Shown here piece after piece: positions 10,595 to 20,071 of a DNA stretch of 35,199 nucleotides (positions within the stretch are counted from its first letter, which is position 1; each line of letters opens with the position of its first letter). Location: contig JAJRTR010000067.1 of NCBI GenBank assembly GCA_024278215.1, positions 1-35,199 of the forward strand. The letters run 5' to 3'. This stretch comes from a bacterium. GTDB taxonomy: Bacteria > UBP15 > UBA6099 > JAJRTR01. The position numbers and the translations under genes are program-made. The notes under the pieces were generated by a model. The model saw nothing but the letters and a program-made list of their open reading frames with translations, searched no databases and was not told where the DNA came from.

Positions 10595-10788
10595 TTGTTT
10601 GCAACATAAATCAACTGCATACGTGGTGCAAAGCTGCTATTCTACATTGCATTGAGTTCAGCTTGTGCTTTATAATGATAATGTAATCATTAATCCGATA
10701 TTTATGTGTATTGGATTTATTTGCTCGACAATCATATTGATGATAAAGGGCGTTTGCAGCAAAACCCTGAAGTGTAGAAGGTGAAGTT

Positions 10789-12267
10789 GTGAAAAAGCTG
10801 ATACTGATAATCCTGTGCGTTATCGGGATGGGAACAGCGGCATACAGCAAGGAGATAGCAGGAGTAGTCAGGTGGGGCGCGCCCGAGCCGGGAGAAACTG
10901 AGGGGATCGGCTCGCTCAGCGCCGTTGCCGGTATAGATGTGTCTGTGACCACGACCGATGGAACCGCCCTTGCGACAGCGGTAACCGATGAAAACGGAGA
11001 ATATGTTTTGCAATTCGATTCGGGAGAATCCGCAGCATATACGGATTTTATTCTTGAAGCGGCGACGACCGGCGCCAGGCTTCGCGCAGTTGCCGACGGC
11101 CCGCATGTCGATATCGATCCTGTTTCGGAAGTGATTGTGGAACAGGTTATCAAATCCGGTAGCCCGACAAATAGTTTTACCGCCGATGAAATACGGTTGA
11201 TAAATAAAGAGCTTGCCACCCTCGCGGCGAACGTTGATTTTCAGGGCGTAGAAACACCTTCCGCCGCGGTAGCGTTGTTGCTGAACGACAAGAATTTTAG
11301 CCTCTCTCTTGGTGATCTCATCAACACATACAGTACTGAAGGAGATACAGTCGTCGAAGTTAATGATCTGAAGTCTATGATCACAAAATTCATCGCCGCA
11401 TTCACCAATAACGATCCTTCCGGTGTTGCTGATTACATAACCAACGATGTGCAGATCATTGTTGGCGACAAAGTATATGACTATAACGGTATTCAGAAGT
11501 TTATCGAAGAAATAAACCGAAAATTCGAGATGAATAAATTTGATGTTGAATGTGCTCGTGTCAGGGTGGACGGTGACAGCGCCGAAGTGGAGACTTCGGA
11601 GAAACTTTTATTGACGTCACGCGCCGGCGGCGAAGTTACAAGCGATTCATGGAATATGATAAATACGGTCAGGAGGATTGGCGGCAAGTGGCGTCTTGTA
11701 GACAGAAAAAGGAAGAAATGTGTTGTAGCAAAGCGGAGTATTACGCCGGACGGCGATATATCCGACTGGGTGGGTATCAGACCGTGTCTGATACAAAAGC
11801 CTGTTGTGAAAGGTGGTTCCGGAGTCTGGGGACGTATTGAATCGCTGTATTTCGCAAGAGATGAAATGTATCTGTACTGGAGAATGGACCTTCCGCGGAC
11901 GGCTGCCGCGTCAAACGGCGAAAAGACGTCACGTGGATTGTATTCGTTAACCCTGAAGAACGACACCGGTGATGAAGGTTGCGACCATTTTATAAACATG
12001 ATAGTTTACGAGGGCGTTCAGGGCGCTTCTCTGGGAGAGTCCTGCATCCGAGGGGCGGATAATACCAAAAAGGAAGCCACGTATACATACGAGAAATACG
12101 GTGTCGGAAAACTCACGGTGGAAGGGCGCGTTCCTCTGGATGACATCGGGTATCTGCCCAACGGAGTTATAGCTTTTGGAGCTTACAAGGGAAAAACACA
12201 TACCGGAGAGAAAGAAAAGCCAACGGTGTACACAGACGATACACAGATATTCTTTACCCCCGAATAG
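10789..12267 (+). CDS. Secreted NTF2-like domain protein, paralog of 7070..8587
   Basis: Signal peptide MKKLILIILC..AYS; shared LGDLxxTYSTEGDTV, WVGIRPC, SxYFA...YLxWRM and VEGxVPLD; GAAGGTG RBS-like site. Confidence 0.7.
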   Translation: MKKLILIILCVIGMGTAAYSKEIAGVVRWGAPEPGETEGIGSLSAVAGIDVSVTTTDGTALATAVTDENGEYVLQFDSGESAAYTDFILEAATTGARLRAVADGPHVDIDPVSEVIVEQVIKSGSPTNSFTADEIRLINKELATLAANVDFQGVETPSAAVALLLNDKNFSLSLGDLINTYSTEGDTVVEVNDLKSMITKFIAAFTNNDPSGVADYITNDVQIIVGDKVYDYNGIQKFIEEINRKFEMNKFDVECARVRVDGDSAEVETSEKLLLTSRAGGEVTSDSWNMINTVRRIGGKWRLVDRKRKKCVVAKRSITPDGDISDWVGIRPCLIQKPVVKGGSGVWGRIESLYFARDEMYLYWRMDLPRTAAASNGEKTSRGLYSLTLKNDTGDEGCDHFINMIVYEGVQGASLGESCIRGADNTKKEATYTYEKYGVGKLTVEGRVPLDDIGYLPNGVIAFGAYKGKTHTGEKEKPTVYTDDTQIFFTPE

Positions 12268-12273
12268 CAACTG

Positions 12274-13629
12274 ATGACAGTTCCGGAAGAAAAAGAATCG
12301 CGAATATACCTTGTCAATCCCCCATCAAAACGGCTTGTTCTGCGTGATTACTATTGCTGTACATTCTCGAAAACAGGCTATCTCTGGCAACCGGTTGATC
12401 TGCTTGTGCAGAGTGGTATTCTTTCCGAACAATACAGTGTCGGGATTATTGACGCGGTAGCGGAAAAGACCGGTGTGGCAACGGTGATAAGGACAATCCG
12501 CGACGCGAAACCTGAAGCGGTATATTCGCTCATCGGATCGAAAACGATTGAAACCGACCTGCAATTTCTGAAAACACTTAAGAGCAATACCGGCGCAACA
12601 ATTATTGTGTCCGGCGATGTCGTGCTCCATAAACCAGCAGTGTTTATTGAAAAACATGACTGTATTGATGCTGTGCTTCTTGATTTTACAACCAGAGATA
12701 TTGTCTACTATTTGCATTCCGTGTTCGACGAGATATCAGGTATGGTTTTTCGGACGGAAGATGGAATAATTTCAAAGATAAAATCATCTCGGCATGAATT
12801 CAAATATCCGTTTCCCTTGCATTCAGCTTTTCCTTCAGAAAAGTATAGTTTCCCGTTTGCGCAGCACGGTTATTCTGCGGTGCTCGCTTCGTTCGGCTGT
12901 CCCTTTTCCTGCGCGTTCTGCAATAGTGGTGTAAAGTCAATCGGGTTCAGTTTCCGAGACTTCGATAATCTGACCGATGAAATATCAGGATTGTACGAAA
13001 AAGGAGTCAGGCATATATTTTTCAAGGATATGACTTTCGGAACGAGTCGTTCCCGCCGCGAGAAGTTGTGCAGTTTTCTCAGCGCGGAAACACGGGGCCT
13101 GACATGGAACACTTATGCGAGAGTCGACCTGCTCGATGAAGAGACAATTAAGATGTATTCGGAGGCGGGCTGCCGGCTACTGCAAATGGGGATAGAGACA
13201 GCGGATGCGGACATGGCCGCGGGAGTCGGAAAGAAATTCGATATGGATCACGTCAGAAAAACATTCGCGTCGCTGAAAAGGAATAACATAGCGATCGGAG
13301 CGCACTATATCGTGGGGCTGCCGGGCGAAGTCGTGGCTGGGGCGATGAAAACACTAAGGCTGGCGCGGCGTCTCGATTCCGATTACGCATCATTTAATCT
13401 ATACTCGCCAAGACCGGGATCATCGCTCTATGATGTGGAGAAGACCCGGAAACGAAAACGGTTTGTATGGAAACAGGTATTCAGATTGATTTACATTATG
13501 TTTTATTTGCGGCCCGGATATATATTCGCTTCTCTGCGAAAAGGAAAGGCCGGGGGGGACGAAAGGAACATAAATATCCGCTCGATGATGAATATAATAA
13601 GTTATATTTTGTATCTGCCTGATGAATGA
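12274..13629 (+). CDS. B12-binding domain radical SAM protein
   Basis: N-terminal LVNPP...IIDAVAE Rossmann-like domain; SFGCPFSCAFC; GIET; IVGLPGE. Confidence 0.85.
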   Translation: MTVPEEKESRIYLVNPPSKRLVLRDYYCCTFSKTGYLWQPVDLLVQSGILSEQYSVGIIDAVAEKTGVATVIRTIRDAKPEAVYSLIGSKTIETDLQFLKTLKSNTGATIIVSGDVVLHKPAVFIEKHDCIDAVLLDFTTRDIVYYLHSVFDEISGMVFRTEDGIISKIKSSRHEFKYPFPLHSAFPSEKYSFPFAQHGYSAVLASFGCPFSCAFCNSGVKSIGFSFRDFDNLTDEISGLYEKGVRHIFFKDMTFGTSRSRREKLCSFLSAETRGLTWNTYARVDLLDEETIKMYSEAGCRLLQMGIETADADMAAGVGKKFDMDHVRKTFASLKRNNIAIGAHYIVGLPGEVVAGAMKTLRLARRLDSDYASFNLYSPRPGSSLYDVEKTRKRKRFVWKQVFRLIYIMFYLRPGYIFASLRKGKAGGDERNINIRSMMNIISYILYLPDE

Positions 13630-13691
13630 TATTGTGTGGTGCGTGATAGGTTTTTATTGATACATGCGACATTGCTTACGGTGGAAAGCCA

Positions 13692-14945
13692 TCAGATATT
13701 CGCAAGTATATCATTGGTAAACCTGATTTGTGGTTCCACAGATTTGAAACCTTCAAGTACCTTGGCGGCCTCAGTATATAGAGACCTGACTGCTGATCCC
13801 GTATAGCGGTCGAGATTGCCCGCGCTGGGATAGGGAAGAGACAGGACGATTCCTTCGAAGTCTCTGTTTCCGCTGTATTTGTCGACAATTGACTGGATTG
13901 TGTCGCCGAGCGTGCCGATGCTTTCCGGGGTGAGTTTGATATTGACTCTTGATTTGTTTTCATCTTCGAGCAGGTTTTCGAGTCCCTGCAATGTTTGCGA
14001 CAGGCTGTTATCAGTACGTGTATGTGCATCGTGTATTTTCGGGTCCGAGGAAAAAAGTGACACTTCAAATATCAGACTGTCACTTTTGAGTTCGTTATGC
14101 CTTTTTCTGAATGAGGGATTACAGAATATCCGACCATTGGTGTTCACCTGCACGCGAATATCGGGTCTTATCGCCATCACCATTTTCATGACCTTGAGAT
14201 AGCTCTTGTGAAGAGTAGGTTCGCCGCCCTTGATGACCAGTGTTTTCAGTGCTTTTTGTCTTACCTTGCAATATATATATTTTGATAAAGGCATGAAATT
14301 GTGTTTTGAAACTCTTTCATCGAAGTCATAACCTTTCAGATCTGCCGGGATGTGGCATCCGACGCAGTTGTTGTTGCAGTTGCCGTTGATGAATAGATAT
14401 TCGGTAACGAACTTGACTTCCTTGTTGTAGTTTTCTCTTATTTCGGGCTTTTGTGCTTCCTGCCGCACTATTGCCGACAATATGTTGAGAGACCTGAAGT
14501 CAAGTGTGTGGAAGTTGTATTTGAAATAGTTCCTGATGTAATGATAGAGGTGAAAACGCATGTTGAGAAAAGTATCGTAACCGTCGGGGATGTAGGCCAT
14601 AAAAAAGGAAAGGTCTATCCAGTTGTCAATATTCGACGGGCTGTTATCGAGGAGTTCCCAGATCAATTTTATGCCTTTGTCAAACTCCTTTTCCACATAA
14701 TGACAATAGGCTTTGATCGCGACGTAAATGTCGGACCTGAAGTCGGACTTGTAAGACTCGATGAAATCTTTCAAGCGGCGATACTCTTCCGGTTCTCTAT
14801 ACGAGAGCAGTGATATGTGTGTGAAAAAGCTCATATCGTTAACGATATTGAACGAATAGTCGTTCAGATTGCGGTGGTAGGGCATGTCGAAGTTTTTGTT
14901 CAGAACTTCGTTCAGGATGTCGTCATAAGAGTTAATCATCGGCAA
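13692..14945 (-). CDS. Radical SAM protein (HxsC-like core) with N-terminal TPR-like helical domain
   Basis: NGNCNNNCVGC, KGGEPTLH, NTNGRIF, IHDAHT; N-terminal EFDKGIKLIWELLDNSPSNIDNWIDL; overlaps the stop of the upstream gene. Confidence 0.8.
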   Translation of the reverse strand: MPMINSYDDILNEVLNKNFDMPYHRNLNDYSFNIVNDMSFFTHISLLSYREPEEYRRLKDFIESYKSDFRSDIYVAIKAYCHYVEKEFDKGIKLIWELLDNSPSNIDNWIDLSFFMAYIPDGYDTFLNMRFHLYHYIRNYFKYNFHTLDFRSLNILSAIVRQEAQKPEIRENYNKEVKFVTEYLFINGNCNNNCVGCHIPADLKGYDFDERVSKHNFMPLSKYIYCKVRQKALKTLVIKGGEPTLHKSYLKVMKMVMAIRPDIRVQVNTNGRIFCNPSFRKRHNELKSDSLIFEVSLFSSDPKIHDAHTRTDNSLSQTLQGLENLLEDENKSRVNIKLTPESIGTLGDTIQSIVDKYSGNRDFEGIVLSLPYPSAGNLDRYTGSAVRSLYTEAAKVLEGFKSVEPQIRFTNDILANI

Positions 14946-15909
14946 AGGATATAAAAAACCATGGCTCCGTTTCAGTTTTTAGAATCATTTTTATCATTCG
15001 GTCGCCGGCATGCACGAAAATTCTGTCGTCGAGTATTTCAAGAGTATCGCCCTGCCTGAAGATGTCTTCGAGTATGCCGGGATAGAGATATTTGTCGACA
15101 AAACCACCGTTGTTGTATTTAAGTATGTTGCCCTCGGGCCTGCCGTCGAATGCGTAAATATCTCTTTCTCTGAAAACAAGGAAATTGAGTTTCAAGTGCC
15201 TGTCGATGATCTCGACATAAGTGGGATCATATTGTTGAATGAACGCTCTGAGTTTTGCGGAAAGTTCGGCGGTCGCCGTGCAATCGAAACTGCATGGGAT
15301 GTGGTATAAGTAGCAAAATGAATCTTTGACAAGCGAGTTGCAAAGGTAATTCGGTTTGGTTTTAGTATTTTCGAAAGGTTTCATCAGCGTGTTGCGATAT
15401 GCGTTGTGGTTGTTGAATTTCGCGAAGAAGTCGATGCAGCATTTCGGGTATCCGAGGTGTTCGCCGAACCAGTAATAGTCGATAATCGGTTTTGTGACTA
15501 TCCTGTTATTGACGCAGACAGGATACCAGCCGGTTCGTTTTATACGGTCGAGCGTTTCTCCGGATTTAGAAACGTAGAGATGAACCCGTCCGTAATAGCC
15601 TGCATCTACCGGTGCGCCCTGTGCGATAGTTGTAGTGAGCATTTCGCTGCCGATGGCGGACCTGACATCGTATGACCAGCCTTCGTCGTAAAAAACCGAT
15701 TCCGTTTCGACAACGAGAGAATACTTCTCGCAGGCGCTGATGAATTCGTCCAGCTTGTCCACATATATCCAGTCGTCGAGCGCGGGTTTAAGGTCCGCAA
15801 GCAGCGCATAGTAGAGGAATATCTGTCCGTGGCTGCCTCTTGCCCGGTAAATCTCGTTGAGATAGGTCGGGGAATAATCACCAAAATAAATGTCGCTGTC
15901 ATTAGGCAT
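14932..15909 (-). CDS. DUF483-like protein
   Basis: FGEHLGYPKCCIDFF and HIPCSFDC motifs. Confidence 0.65.
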   Translation of the reverse strand: MPNDSDIYFGDYSPTYLNEIYRARGSHGQIFLYYALLADLKPALDDWIYVDKLDEFISACEKYSLVVETESVFYDEGWSYDVRSAIGSEMLTTTIAQGAPVDAGYYGRVHLYVSKSGETLDRIKRTGWYPVCVNNRIVTKPIIDYYWFGEHLGYPKCCIDFFAKFNNHNAYRNTLMKPFENTKTKPNYLCNSLVKDSFCYLYHIPCSFDCTATAELSAKLRAFIQQYDPTYVEIIDRHLKLNFLVFRERDIYAFDGRPEGNILKYNNGGFVDKYLYPGILEDIFRQGDTLEILDDRIFVHAGDRMIKMILKTETEPWFFISFADD

Positions 15910-15975
15910 AAGTATATATTGTCCCGGTCGGATTATCGTTGAAACCTGTGATTTTCACAATACGCATGTCCGACT

Positions 15976-16884
15976 CTATTTTTTTGTCACGGGTTCAAAT
16001 TCGCTCCATCCGTAAGTCCTCGGATATTGCAGCCATGGCCCCTCGCAGATGTTGTAGTATAAACATTTCTTGCATTTTGGGGCTTTTTCCTTTTCAAAAT
16101 TTTTTCTGATGTATTCGAAATCGTTAACGACATTGGTAACGTCGTTAAGCTTGACGTGCGGGATATAGTTTTCCGACACATGCTTTTCATATCCCTGCAT
16201 GAAGCAGAACGGTACGGCTTCCACAAAGACCTGCACACCTGCTTTTCTTCCTATGTCGATGCCCTTTTTTATATAAGGTACGCAAAGCGATTTTTTCGGG
16301 AGCACGGAAAGTATGTTTTTGTCTGCGCTGCCGAGCACATGCACGAAAGCGTACTGAAACACATCGACTCCAAGCCGCACGAGAAGAGTGGCGAGGTCGG
16401 GGAATGTCCTGAAATTTGTTTTTGTAACGACAGTGTTTATCGAAACCGACTGTTTTCTCTTTGTGAGGTTGTATATTCCTTTTACTGTCTGTCTGTAGCT
16501 GTTGGCGCCGGTCAGGTAATTGTGGCAATATTCGTTAGCGGAGAGCAGTGCCGCGGTAACGGTTTGTATGCGGCCTTTACCAGCGGCGAGGAATTCGTCG
16601 CAGAACTTGCTGTAAGCGAATCGCCGGGCATTGGTCTGGATAAGTATGTTGTATCCGAGTCCGGCAGCATATTCGAGAATTTCCATGCAGTCGTTTCTGA
16701 CAGTGAATTCACCACCGGTCAGCACGACTTCCTGGTAGTCGTCTTTTTCCGCATAGAGGACATCCTTTATCTGCTGCGTTGTGCGGTCGGGAATAAAAAA
16801 TCTTTTGTCGCCGATAACACAATGTTTGCAGTAGTTGTTGCATCTATAACCAACTTTCAGGTCAAGTCTGTTCGGCATTGCCAT
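15976..16884 (-). CDS. Radical SAM protein with C-terminal auxiliary-cluster motif (HxsC-like)
   Basis: VGYRCNNYCKHC, LTGGEFT, IQTNAR, VPFCF, CKKCLYYNICEG; GGAG RBS. Confidence 0.88.
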   Translation of the reverse strand: MAMPNRLDLKVGYRCNNYCKHCVIGDKRFFIPDRTTQQIKDVLYAEKDDYQEVVLTGGEFTVRNDCMEILEYAAGLGYNILIQTNARRFAYSKFCDEFLAAGKGRIQTVTAALLSANEYCHNYLTGANSYRQTVKGIYNLTKRKQSVSINTVVTKTNFRTFPDLATLLVRLGVDVFQYAFVHVLGSADKNILSVLPKKSLCVPYIKKGIDIGRKAGVQVFVEAVPFCFMQGYEKHVSENYIPHVKLNDVTNVVNDFEYIRKNFEKEKAPKCKKCLYYNICEGPWLQYPRTYGWSEFEPVTKK

Positions 16885-16927
16885 AAAATCACATCTCCGA
16901 CATTCCTATAAGGGCGGCGTTTCTATG

Positions 16928-17893
16928 TTACGATGCGCCTGCTAAGATTTTTTCTGAAACTTCTTCTTTCGTTGTGTAAAACACAGGATACAATTCTCTG
17001 GATGTGTAGTGTTCGTCCATGGAATACAAACCTGCACATATTTCGTTCAGGTAGCACACTTTGCAGCAATCGGTTTTCCCGTAAAACCTGTCACCGTCTC
17101 TTTTGTCTACTTCACCTTTTTCGTCCAGGAAAAGTATCCTGCATTTGTCGTTTTTAACGATCCTTCTGGTCTCGGTCGATAAGTGCTCGAAACCGCTCAT
17201 GTAACACAGGGGAACGCGTTCGACGCGGCAGGACATTCCCCATTCTTCGATCAAATTTACCGATCTGTCGAGTTGTATGTCGAAATCATTCAGCATGGGG
17301 ATTGTATCGGTGTTCTGCGAGGCGCGGTTCATCAGCGGGTCGAGGTTATTGAAGGTTATATGTTTTACAAAAGAGAATTTCTTTTTTATGTGGCCGACGA
17401 TACGGCTCAGGTGGTCGGAATTGTACTTGTTGATCGTTATCGCTATATCGAGCTTGATGCCGCCGATTTTTTTTATATTGCGCGCGGCCTGCTCGAAATT
17501 CTTGAGCGAATCCTGATTGCCGGTGAGAAAGCTCTGGACACCGGCATCGTCGGAGTAGACGGACATTGTTACAAGTTTCAGGCCGGAATCCTTAAGTTTT
17601 TTCAGATAGGCCATGTCTGCCAGTTTCTGGCCGTTTGTGATAATGCGACAGCCGAATTTCCTTGAAGCGCAATATTCGATATATTCCGGCAGATCATCGG
17701 ACAGGGTCGGTTCGCCGCCTGTGAGCAGAACGCCGAGGTAATCGCCGTCGGCAATTGTCGAGTCGATAAACTTTTTGCCCTGGGACAATGTTATGGAATT
17801 CTGATTCTCCGGATTTGAACAGAATCTGCATTGCTGGTTACATAAACGTGTGATCTGAAGATATGAAAAACTTGCCATAATATTATTTTTCAA
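16928..17893 (-). CDS. Radical SAM protein with C-terminal auxiliary-cluster motif (HxsC-like)
   Basis: ITRLCNQQCRFC, LTGGEPTL, ITNG, VPLCY, CKVCYLNEICAG. Alternative ATG at 17878. Confidence 0.88.
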   Translation of the reverse strand: MKNNIMASFSYLQITRLCNQQCRFCSNPENQNSITLSQGKKFIDSTIADGDYLGVLLTGGEPTLSDDLPEYIEYCASRKFGCRIITNGQKLADMAYLKKLKDSGLKLVTMSVYSDDAGVQSFLTGNQDSLKNFEQAARNIKKIGGIKLDIAITINKYNSDHLSRIVGHIKKKFSFVKHITFNNLDPLMNRASQNTDTIPMLNDFDIQLDRSVNLIEEWGMSCRVERVPLCYMSGFEHLSTETRRIVKNDKCRILFLDEKGEVDKRDGDRFYGKTDCCKVCYLNEICAGLYSMDEHYTSRELYPVFYTTKEEVSEKILAGAS

Positions 17894-18014
17894 CCTGATA
17901 TATCTGATCTTATCGGGTTGAACCCGTTGTTATTTTTGAAACAGTAAATTATAGTTGCATTCTCCCTGTTTTCCATCGATGGAAATGATATTGCCGAACC
18001 AGGTGGAAAAGATG

Positions 18015-18839
18015 TTACCACGATGAATGCGAGCCGTGCGAACCGTGGCTGTTCGCGCTGCTGTGCGAGTTGGCGGCAGCAATGCTGGCGTGAGTATTCG
18101 CAGAGCCGGTGTTGGCGTGTGTGCTAAGGTTCGTGTGCCTGTTTATTGCGTTAGTGCTGGCGTGTGTCGCATAGTTCCTGTGATTATTTATAGCATTGGC
18201 ATTGCCGTGAGTATTGACATTGGTGCTGGCATGGGTGGCGCTTACATTGTTGTGAACACTTGTGCCCGCCGTGTTGACGTGATTGCCGGTAGTCGCGCTT
18301 CCGTGTGCTGTCCATGCGGAGTGTTTGCCTTGCGAGGCGCTGTTGTGCATATTGCCTTTTGTGACCCCGCCGCTCGAGTGTACGGCGGCCGCATTGATCG
18401 CCGGTTTGCTGGAGTGCTTATTTATAGCAGATGTGGCGATATTTTTATTGTAGCTGTTATGGGCGTTTACGGCTGCGGTGCTTGTGTGCGCGCCTGAGCT
18501 TGAGTGCACACTGTTTGCGACCTGGCTGGCGTGCGTGTTTGCGTTGGAATGCTGGGCAATAGCGGCGACACTCGTGTGCCCCGACTGGGCGGCCCTGTTT
18601 GTGTGGGCATTATAACTGACGTGCATACTTTCGTGTGCCGACCTTGCGACCTGCGGGTCGATAAGAATTCCCAGCGCGACGAAAACCATGGCACCGGTCA
18701 CAACATTTTTCGATGTGATCTTCGCCTCTTCTTTTGTGAAATAGCACAGTGCATCTTCAACTATTCCCGGCAGTTTCCTTTTTGGGGACTGTAATCCCGC
18801 CGTGCCGGTCTGCGCTGTTCCTTTCATTCTCTTTTTCAT
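18015..18839 (-). CDS. His-Xaa-Ser/Asn repeat precursor protein 3 (HxsA-like)
   Basis: 27 His, 26 of them H-x-S/N; ends SHGSHGSHSSW; conserved leader. ATG 18839 has an AAGGTGG SD (ORF track starts at GTG 18848). Confidence 0.88.
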   Translation of the reverse strand: MKKRMKGTAQTGTAGLQSPKRKLPGIVEDALCYFTKEEAKITSKNVVTGAMVFVALGILIDPQVARSAHESMHVSYNAHTNRAAQSGHTSVAAIAQHSNANTHASQVANSVHSSSGAHTSTAAVNAHNSYNKNIATSAINKHSSKPAINAAAVHSSGGVTKGNMHNSASQGKHSAWTAHGSATTGNHVNTAGTSVHNNVSATHASTNVNTHGNANAINNHRNYATHASTNAINRHTNLSTHANTGSANTHASIAAANSHSSANSHGSHGSHSSW

Positions 18840-18865
18840 CTCGCCCACCTTTTAATAAATTTACC

Positions 18866-18998
18866 TGCCGGGACTGTCCTGACCCGGCAAAGCCGGAATC
18901 CAACAGGCCGCATTTTCGTGCCCAAACAAATGCGGTTTGAGCACGGCACACAGAGTTTCATCGTTTCCAAGGTCTACCTCGGAAACGCCTGTAACTGG
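18866..18998 (-). promoter_or_regulatory. Structured intergenic leader, candidate cis-regulatory RNA
   Basis: Hairpins at 18962-18987, 18917-18945 and 18866-18889, two of them with competing alternative pairings. Confidence 0.35.
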
Positions 18999-19094
18999 CA
19001 GCTCCAGCTTTCACCGATCTCTTTTCAGCATTTCTTTACCATCCTGCGTAGAATTTCAGTCGTAAGATACTATACGTCAATTATTATCAATATG

Positions 19095-19928
19095 TTACCA
19101 TGAAGCGTGAGAAGCATGTGAGAAATGCTTGTTAGAACTTACATGATTGTTGATCGCTGTGATATTCGAGTGTGTGTTAACGGCGGCTCTGTTCCCATGT
19201 GAATTGGAGTTGGCATGGGAGTTTATGGCGCCGGTATTGGAATGTCTGTTCACACTGGCATGGTCTGCGGCGGCGACGGTGCTCGCATGGGCGGAAGATG
19301 AAGCGTGATCGGATACGGCGGGGATACTGGTATGTGTGTTTGTACCCGCGGCATTCACATGTGATGTGAGGCTCGAATTGTCGTGAGCAGTCCACGCGGT
19401 GTGTTTGCCCTGCGAGGCGCTGTTGTGCATGTTGCCTTTTGTCAGGCTGTTGTTCGAGTGAACAGCCGCGGCGCTTGTGTGTCCCGAACTGGAGTGTACG
19501 GACCTTACCGGATAGCTTGTAGCGTTGTTGAGGCTTGAATGGTTGTTCAGGGCGGCGGAACTGGTGTGGTCGCTGGCACTGACGTGAGAGTTGATCGCGT
19601 TCGAACTGCGGTGGCTGGTGTCACTAAGATGTTTGTTCACGGCTATCACGCTCGAATGAGTGCTTCTTGCTGCCTGGCTTCCGTGGCTGACGATGTTGGA
19701 ATGGATGTTTGTATGCCAGCCTGCGGCCGGGTCGCTCGCCAGTCCGATGTCCACCACCGCAAGCGTTCCTGTAAGGATGCTCTTCGAGCTGATTTTGGCT
19801 TCTTCATTCTTGAAGTAACCAAGCACATCTTCTTTGATGGAGGGAAGCAATTTACCAGCGCCGGGCTTGAGTTTGCTGTCAGGCGAAATGTTGCCATCCC
19901 TGCCTGTCTTTTTCCTTTTATCCGCCAT
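19095..19928 (-). CDS. His-Xaa-Ser/Asn repeat precursor protein 2 (HxsA-like)
   Basis: 28 His, 27 of them H-x-S/N; ends HFSHASHASW; GGAGG RBS. Confidence 0.9.
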   Translation of the reverse strand: MADKRKKTGRDGNISPDSKLKPGAGKLLPSIKEDVLGYFKNEEAKISSKSILTGTLAVVDIGLASDPAAGWHTNIHSNIVSHGSQAARSTHSSVIAVNKHLSDTSHRSSNAINSHVSASDHTSSAALNNHSSLNNATSYPVRSVHSSSGHTSAAAVHSNNSLTKGNMHNSASQGKHTAWTAHDNSSLTSHVNAAGTNTHTSIPAVSDHASSSAHASTVAAADHASVNRHSNTGAINSHANSNSHGNRAAVNTHSNITAINNHVSSNKHFSHASHASW

Positions 19929-20071
19929 TTCTATCGCCTCCGGACATCAACTTGTGTTTTGCGTTCTTTAATGGAGCCAATTGGCTCAATGATCCGTTCA
20001 ATTCAGGTTACACATCTTGCTTTGTTGCTTTTAAATCTTTGTTGTTTTAAAATCACTGTATTCCCTTATCA

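Noticed and set aside
18908-18945. H-type pseudoknot
   Set aside because: Only about 1 nt links stem 1 to the second pairing strand, too short to span it; the pairings are better read as mutually exclusive.
18866-19040. Possible cobalamin or c-di-GMP riboswitch (AAAAGAGATCGGTGAAAG..., GTCAGGA)
   Set aside because: Lacks the GGGAA/CCCGC and GCCACTG elements of cobalamin switches and the GCAAA core of c-di-GMP-I; kept only as an unassigned structure.
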